Origin: Planctomycetota bacterium
GTDB taxonomy: Bacteria; Planctomycetota; UBA8108; SXIK01
Assembly: GCA_965223265.1 (NCBI GenBank)
Contig: OZ244999.1
Location: 1,280,001 to 1,344,000 of the forward strand
Reading direction: 5' to 3'
DNA length: 64,000 bases
Both the position numbers and the translations under genes were made by a program. The notes beneath the pieces were generated by a model that saw only the letters and a list, made by a program, of their open reading frames with translations, was not told the origin of the DNA and did no database searches. Numbering within the stretch: the stretch's first letter is position 1; every line of letters starts with the position of its first letter. Shown piece after piece: positions 60,100-64,000 of the stretch.

Positions 60100-60696
60100 T
60101 TACAGCGCGCGGCGGATCGTGAAAGCGCCGCGAGCCATAGCAGAGGTCAGCGGCACCAATGAGAGCGCCACGACCCACGTAAGCGTGCCCGGCAGGAGGT
60201 AGAGTTCGAACGGAATCGCCAGGTAGACGAAAAATCTGGGTCGAACGACGAACCGATACGGAACGCCGAGAGCATTGCCGACCATAGCGAAGATGACCAC
60301 GACGGTATAGATAAAGACGTAGAGCGTCGCGGCAGCGGGATGAAGCAGGCCGAAGAGGGCAAGGGCGGTGGCCGAGGCGGCGACGACGATTTGGTCGCAA
60401 AGCGTGTCGGTAAAAGAACCGCGCCGACCCGCCGTGCCACGGAAGCGGGCGAGTGCGCCGTCCAGTCCGTCGAGAACCACGTGCAGCGCTAGCGCAACCA
60501 GCGCTGCAGGTGGCCAGACGAAGAGGAGCGGGCAGAATGCGAGCCCCGCGACGAGCGCGGTGAGTGTGACGGCGTCCGCTGTGACGTGCCAACGCTTGAG
60601 CGCAGCCAAGACTGGGTGCAGGATCTCCGCGCGTAGTCGCTGCGACCACAGCATCATGTGGCGGTCTTTCGAAGAATAACAGTCGATGCTGTTCAT
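60100..60696 (-). CDS. CDP-alcohol phosphatidyltransferase family protein
   Basis: TADAVT; LDGLDGALAR...G.F.DTLCD (DGxxAR...GxxxDxxxD) motif; multi-TM. Confidence 0.88.
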   Translation of the reverse strand: MNSIDCYSSKDRHMMLWSQRLRAEILHPVLAALKRWHVTADAVTLTALVAGLAFCPLLFVWPPAALVALALHVVLDGLDGALARFRGTAGRRGSFTDTLCDQIVVAASATALALFGLLHPAAATLYVFIYTVVVIFAMVGNALGVPYRFVVRPRFFVYLAIPFELYLLPGTLTWVVALSLVPLTSAMARGAFTIRRAL

Positions 60697-60721
60697 GACG
60701 ATTTCGTTCCTACAACTCTTT

Positions 60722-61519
60722 CTACAGCAAAGTCTTCGTACTGCTGCGCTTACAACGCGATCGCGCGGCGACCGAGTGATTGGTCAACATGATCGGCTCG
60801 AAGCGGATGCCCTGAACCGCGGCGCCGCTGTTGTGAATCGTGAGATCTCCAATGTGTGCATCCGAAAACGGGCGATGCGTGTGACCGATGCAGAGCCTCC
60901 GGACTCCCCTCCACAGATTCTCATCGAGCGCTTTCAGACTCGTGCTAACGATTTGGGCGCACCGTTGTTTGTTGTAAGCGAGGCTGACGAGCCGCGGAAT
61001 CCCGAACTCTGACGCGAAACCGTAGAGCTGCCCTTCGAAGCGACTCCGACATCGCACGAGCGGGACGAGAGGTCGTGAGCGGAGAGGGAACGGCCGCAGG
61101 AGGAGGTCGCCATGAGTGAAGAGTACATCACCGAGGCGATAGTAGTCCGGTGAGCAGTGTAGGTTGCGGTTCTTGGCGGTCAGCTCGTCGCATCGCTCGG
61201 CCCAGGGGAGGATTCCGTCGTGATTACCGAGAATGTAGGTGAGGTCACAGCCTTCTTGCTCGCACGTCGTCGCGAGGGACTCCAACCATTCAGTCGCGGC
61301 GGCGAGAGTTCGGTCGAATGACCCGAGCGTTGACCAGTGAAAGTCGAAGATGTCACCGTTGAGCACCAGAAGGTCACTCTTTTGCGCCGCCGCGAGGATG
61401 TCGTCGTGGTAAGACTTCGCACGACTGCGCGCCGCGAACAGGTGCAGATCGGAGACCACGGTGATCTTTCGGGTTCGATGCGCCTGTGGCGCCAGCGTTC
61501 GACGGAACTCAAGTTGCAT
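60722..61519 (-). CDS. calcineurin-like metallophosphoesterase (LpxH-like)
   Basis: SDLH, NGDIFD, GNHD, THGD, GHTH, NSGA. Confidence 0.87.
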   Translation of the reverse strand: MQLEFRRTLAPQAHRTRKITVVSDLHLFAARSRAKSYHDDILAAAQKSDLLVLNGDIFDFHWSTLGSFDRTLAAATEWLESLATTCEQEGCDLTYILGNHDGILPWAERCDELTAKNRNLHCSPDYYRLGDVLFTHGDLLLRPFPLRSRPLVPLVRCRSRFEGQLYGFASEFGIPRLVSLAYNKQRCAQIVSTSLKALDENLWRGVRRLCIGHTHRPFSDAHIGDLTIHNSGAAVQGIRFEPIMLTNHSVAARSRCKRSSTKTLL

Positions 61520-61522
61520 CGT

Positions 61523-62050
61523 TCAATCCTCGTTCAGCGCCTCGAGCTCGCGGTAAAGTGCTTCTCGAAACTTCTCCATGAAACCGAGCGCGCTCGCCTT
61601 CTCGTTTCGTTTGAAACTTGAAAATACCTGCTCGATTCGTGCGTAGTAGGGCTTCAGGAGGCGTCTTAGAAGTCCTCTTGCCTTAGCGGACAACGTCAGG
61701 TGGTAGGAGCGTCGGTCTTCTGGAACCGTGCAGCGTTCCATCAAGCGACGGCGCTCCAGCGTGTCGATGAGAGTTCCAGTGCTAGCGCGATTGATCAGAA
61801 GTCTCTTGGCGAGATCCGACTGCTTGATGCCGTCATCTTCGTAATCGCGCACGATCATGAGGGCGTTGAACTGCGTTGGCGTCAGGTCGTAGCGCCTCAG
61901 AAAAGCAGCACTGACGCGCTCGAGTAGCTCGCTCGTGTGCAGGAACGACAGCAGCAGCTCCTCGTCTCGGGAAACGAAGTCGCGGTTGAGTTCGATCTCT
62001 GCCTTCAAGTTTTCTCGCAAATGATATGAAAGCATATAGTATGATTTCAT
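61523..62050 (-). CDS. MarR family transcriptional regulator
   Basis: LTPTQFNALMI, QSDLAKRLLINRASTGTLIDTLE, EDRRS..L.LS. The true start may be 62035 or 62020. Confidence 0.88.
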   Translation of the reverse strand: MKSYYMLSYHLRENLKAEIELNRDFVSRDEELLLSFLHTSELLERVSAAFLRRYDLTPTQFNALMIVRDYEDDGIKQSDLAKRLLINRASTGTLIDTLERRRLMERCTVPEDRRSYHLTLSAKARGLLRRLLKPYYARIEQVFSSFKRNEKASALGFMEKFREALYRELEALNED

Positions 62051-62051
62051 A
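62025..62051. promoter_or_regulatory. AT-rich palindrome, candidate MarR operator
   Basis: TATGAAAGCATA-TAG-TATGATTTCATA, 11/12 arm match, at the 5' end of marR. Confidence 0.6.
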
Positions 62052-62112
62052 CAAAATGAGTGCTGACAAGAGGAATCTCGAGATTTGTCGTCAACGAATC
62101 TCGGCGTTCAAA

Positions 62113-62136
62113 GTGGCAGGCACGCTCCGCGTGCCG
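62113..62136. repeat. second copy of the GTGG REP-like palindrome
   Basis: GTGG-CA-GGCACGC-TCC-GCGTGCC-G; differs from the 55918 copy by a compensatory A-T to G-C pair. A degenerate inverted partner lies near 62207-62230. Confidence 0.7.
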
Positions 62137-62298
62137 CAGCTCGCAGACAAACGGGTAGTGCACTGGATGACCTGCGTTCACACGCGAGGTGAGACGCGAT
62201 GGCGCCACGGGCACGGAACTTGCTCGCGACCGAGCCGCTGGGTAGGCTCTCAAGTCTCGCGTTTTCACAACTTGGGCTCTACGGACGAGGAAGACGAA

Positions 62299-63957
62299 AT
62301 GTCTCGAAACGAGTTGTCCCGCCGCAGTTTTCTCGGTGCCTTTGGTCGAACGTCAGCGAGTTGCCTCGCTTTGGGCGCCATCACGCCTCGTCGTCTCTGG
62401 GCAGTTCCCCGCGGCCCAGTCAAGCCGCGCGTGGAGATTACGGTCGGATCGCGACGTCAGCTGCTCTTTGACGACTTCTTCCTCGGGCTCGGACACCCGC
62501 AGCACGATAGCTATCCGTACAACATCCGCTGGAGCCTGGGGCCTGTCGAAAAGTCACCGAACGAGACTCTCCTCATGGCCGACCAGCCGTGGGAGGACTC
62601 GTTCGCCTGGCTCTCACCGATGTACGAAGACGGTCGTTACCGGCTCTGGTATCACTTGGACAAGCAGGTCGCACGCCCCAAAGGAAAGCTGCCGCAAGGA
62701 GCGTGCGTCGGCTACGCCGAGTCGGACGACGGGCTCAACTGGCAGAAGCCACGCTACAAACTCTACGAGCGCTATGGCTACAAAGAGAACAACATCGTCT
62801 TCACCGGTGGGCCAGACTCGTGGAGCATGGAGCTGGGCAACGTTTTCAAAGACCCCGTCTCCCCAGTCTCAGAGCGCTACAAAATGCTTTACCCGACATG
62901 GGAGAGCAAACACATCTATGGCGCGGTAGAGGGGGTGCCTTATGTGGGTGAGGCCGGGGTGCTGCGCGGCGCGCATTCGCCCGACGGCATCCACTGGACG
63001 CGCTACCAGCACATTTTTTTGGGCCGCTACACAGACTCACAGAACGTGGCGACCTATGACCCGATCCTGGGCAAGTACGTCGCCTACGTGCGTACGCTGA
63101 GCAAGCACGGTGGACTTCATCTCGGTGAACATCCAGTCAAGGAAACTCGCCGTGGTCGCGCGATCGCACGGATGGAATCTGACGACTACACGCATTGGTC
63201 GTATCCGGAAGTGGCTTTCGCTGCAGATCTTCACGACGGGTTGAATGTCGACTTCTACAACCCTGGTTATTCGCGCTACGACGGCGCCGACAACGCGCAC
63301 TTTCTTTTTCCGTCGGCGCTCCATCACCGCAGCGGCAAGGCGCCGGTGCAAGTCGCTGTGAGTCGAGATAACCGCACCTGGTCGAGGCCCTGTCGTGATT
63401 CGTTCGTCGCACTTGGATCGGATGGTAGCTTCGACGACCACGGTATCTACCTCGCGCCTGGTTTTCTACCGGCGGGAAAGGACCAACTCGCTTTCTACTA
63501 CCGAGCGCATAACAACCCGCACGGCGGCGCGTTGCCGGAGCTCCAGCCTCGAGACGGCCGCACTCCAAAGGTAGGTATGGGGCGGATCCTTTTCAAACGC
63601 GACCGCATCCTCGGCATCGAGGCGGGAGACAAACCTGGGACGTTCTGGACGCGCCCTCTTCTCTTTGCCGGCCGCCGACTCGTCGTCAACGTCGAACCGA
63701 CGGGACCGAACCCGGAGCTGCGCGTGCAGCTCCTCGGGGTCGGCATCGACCCCGAGAACCGGGGCCGCTATCGCTCGCAGGACGCCGCGCCGCCGGGCTA
63801 TGGCTTTGCGGACAGCGTGCCGATCACCGAGGATTCCCTCGACGCCGTCGTGCGCTGGAAGCGTGGAGCTGAGCTTGGCGAGTGGGCAGGCAAGCCGGTG
63901 CGTCTGCACGTGCGCCTGCGCGACGTCCGCATCTACGCTTTTCAGTTTGTTGGCTGA
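62299..63957 (+). CDS. Tat-exported five-bladed-propeller glycosidase-like protein
   Basis: SRRSFL; VGSRRQLLFDD, DQPWE, YRLWY, SDDGLNWQKP, TDSQNVATYD, IYAFQF; paralog of 56110-57639. Confidence 0.82.
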   Translation: MSRNELSRRSFLGAFGRTSASCLALGAITPRRLWAVPRGPVKPRVEITVGSRRQLLFDDFFLGLGHPQHDSYPYNIRWSLGPVEKSPNETLLMADQPWEDSFAWLSPMYEDGRYRLWYHLDKQVARPKGKLPQGACVGYAESDDGLNWQKPRYKLYERYGYKENNIVFTGGPDSWSMELGNVFKDPVSPVSERYKMLYPTWESKHIYGAVEGVPYVGEAGVLRGAHSPDGIHWTRYQHIFLGRYTDSQNVATYDPILGKYVAYVRTLSKHGGLHLGEHPVKETRRGRAIARMESDDYTHWSYPEVAFAADLHDGLNVDFYNPGYSRYDGADNAHFLFPSALHHRSGKAPVQVAVSRDNRTWSRPCRDSFVALGSDGSFDDHGIYLAPGFLPAGKDQLAFYYRAHNNPHGGALPELQPRDGRTPKVGMGRILFKRDRILGIEAGDKPGTFWTRPLLFAGRRLVVNVEPTGPNPELRVQLLGVGIDPENRGRYRSQDAAPPGYGFADSVPITEDSLDAVVRWKRGAELGEWAGKPVRLHVRLRDVRIYAFQFVG

Positions 63958-64000
63958 TCGACCCGCGTTGCGGCTCGCCGCTATCCGAATAGATGCTTCA

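Overview
GC-rich bacterial window with a strong Planctomycetota signature: three DUF1549/DUF1553 + DUF1501 pairs, a solo DUF1501, a PVC-type CxxCH propeller/HEAT protein, an ECF sigma factor with a long C-terminal extension, dockerin-like tails and a pseudopilin. Most genes encode secreted or Tat-exported sialidase-like, sulfatase, FG-GAP and uncharacterised beta-propeller hydrolases. The window also holds galE, an hcp-globin pair behind a perfect TGTGA-N6-TCACA box, a B12 radical SAM gene and a MarR-led lipid-type operon. The most unusual feature is a 630-bp cassette (25913-26587) in which a four-helix-bundle (23S-IVP/Avd-like) gene and a nested-hairpin leader lie between 45-bp direct repeats built from hexamer tracts. 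A gene-less tract with the same two-part hexamer architecture occurs at 34386-34660. Other observations are MITE/REP-like hairpins, a Y1-transposase-like remnant, a 17x9-bp (EEH)n coding repeat, a 232-bp tandem duplication and several single-base frameshifts. No rRNA, tRNA or CRISPR array was seen. All family calls come from motif recognition by eye, not from database searches.
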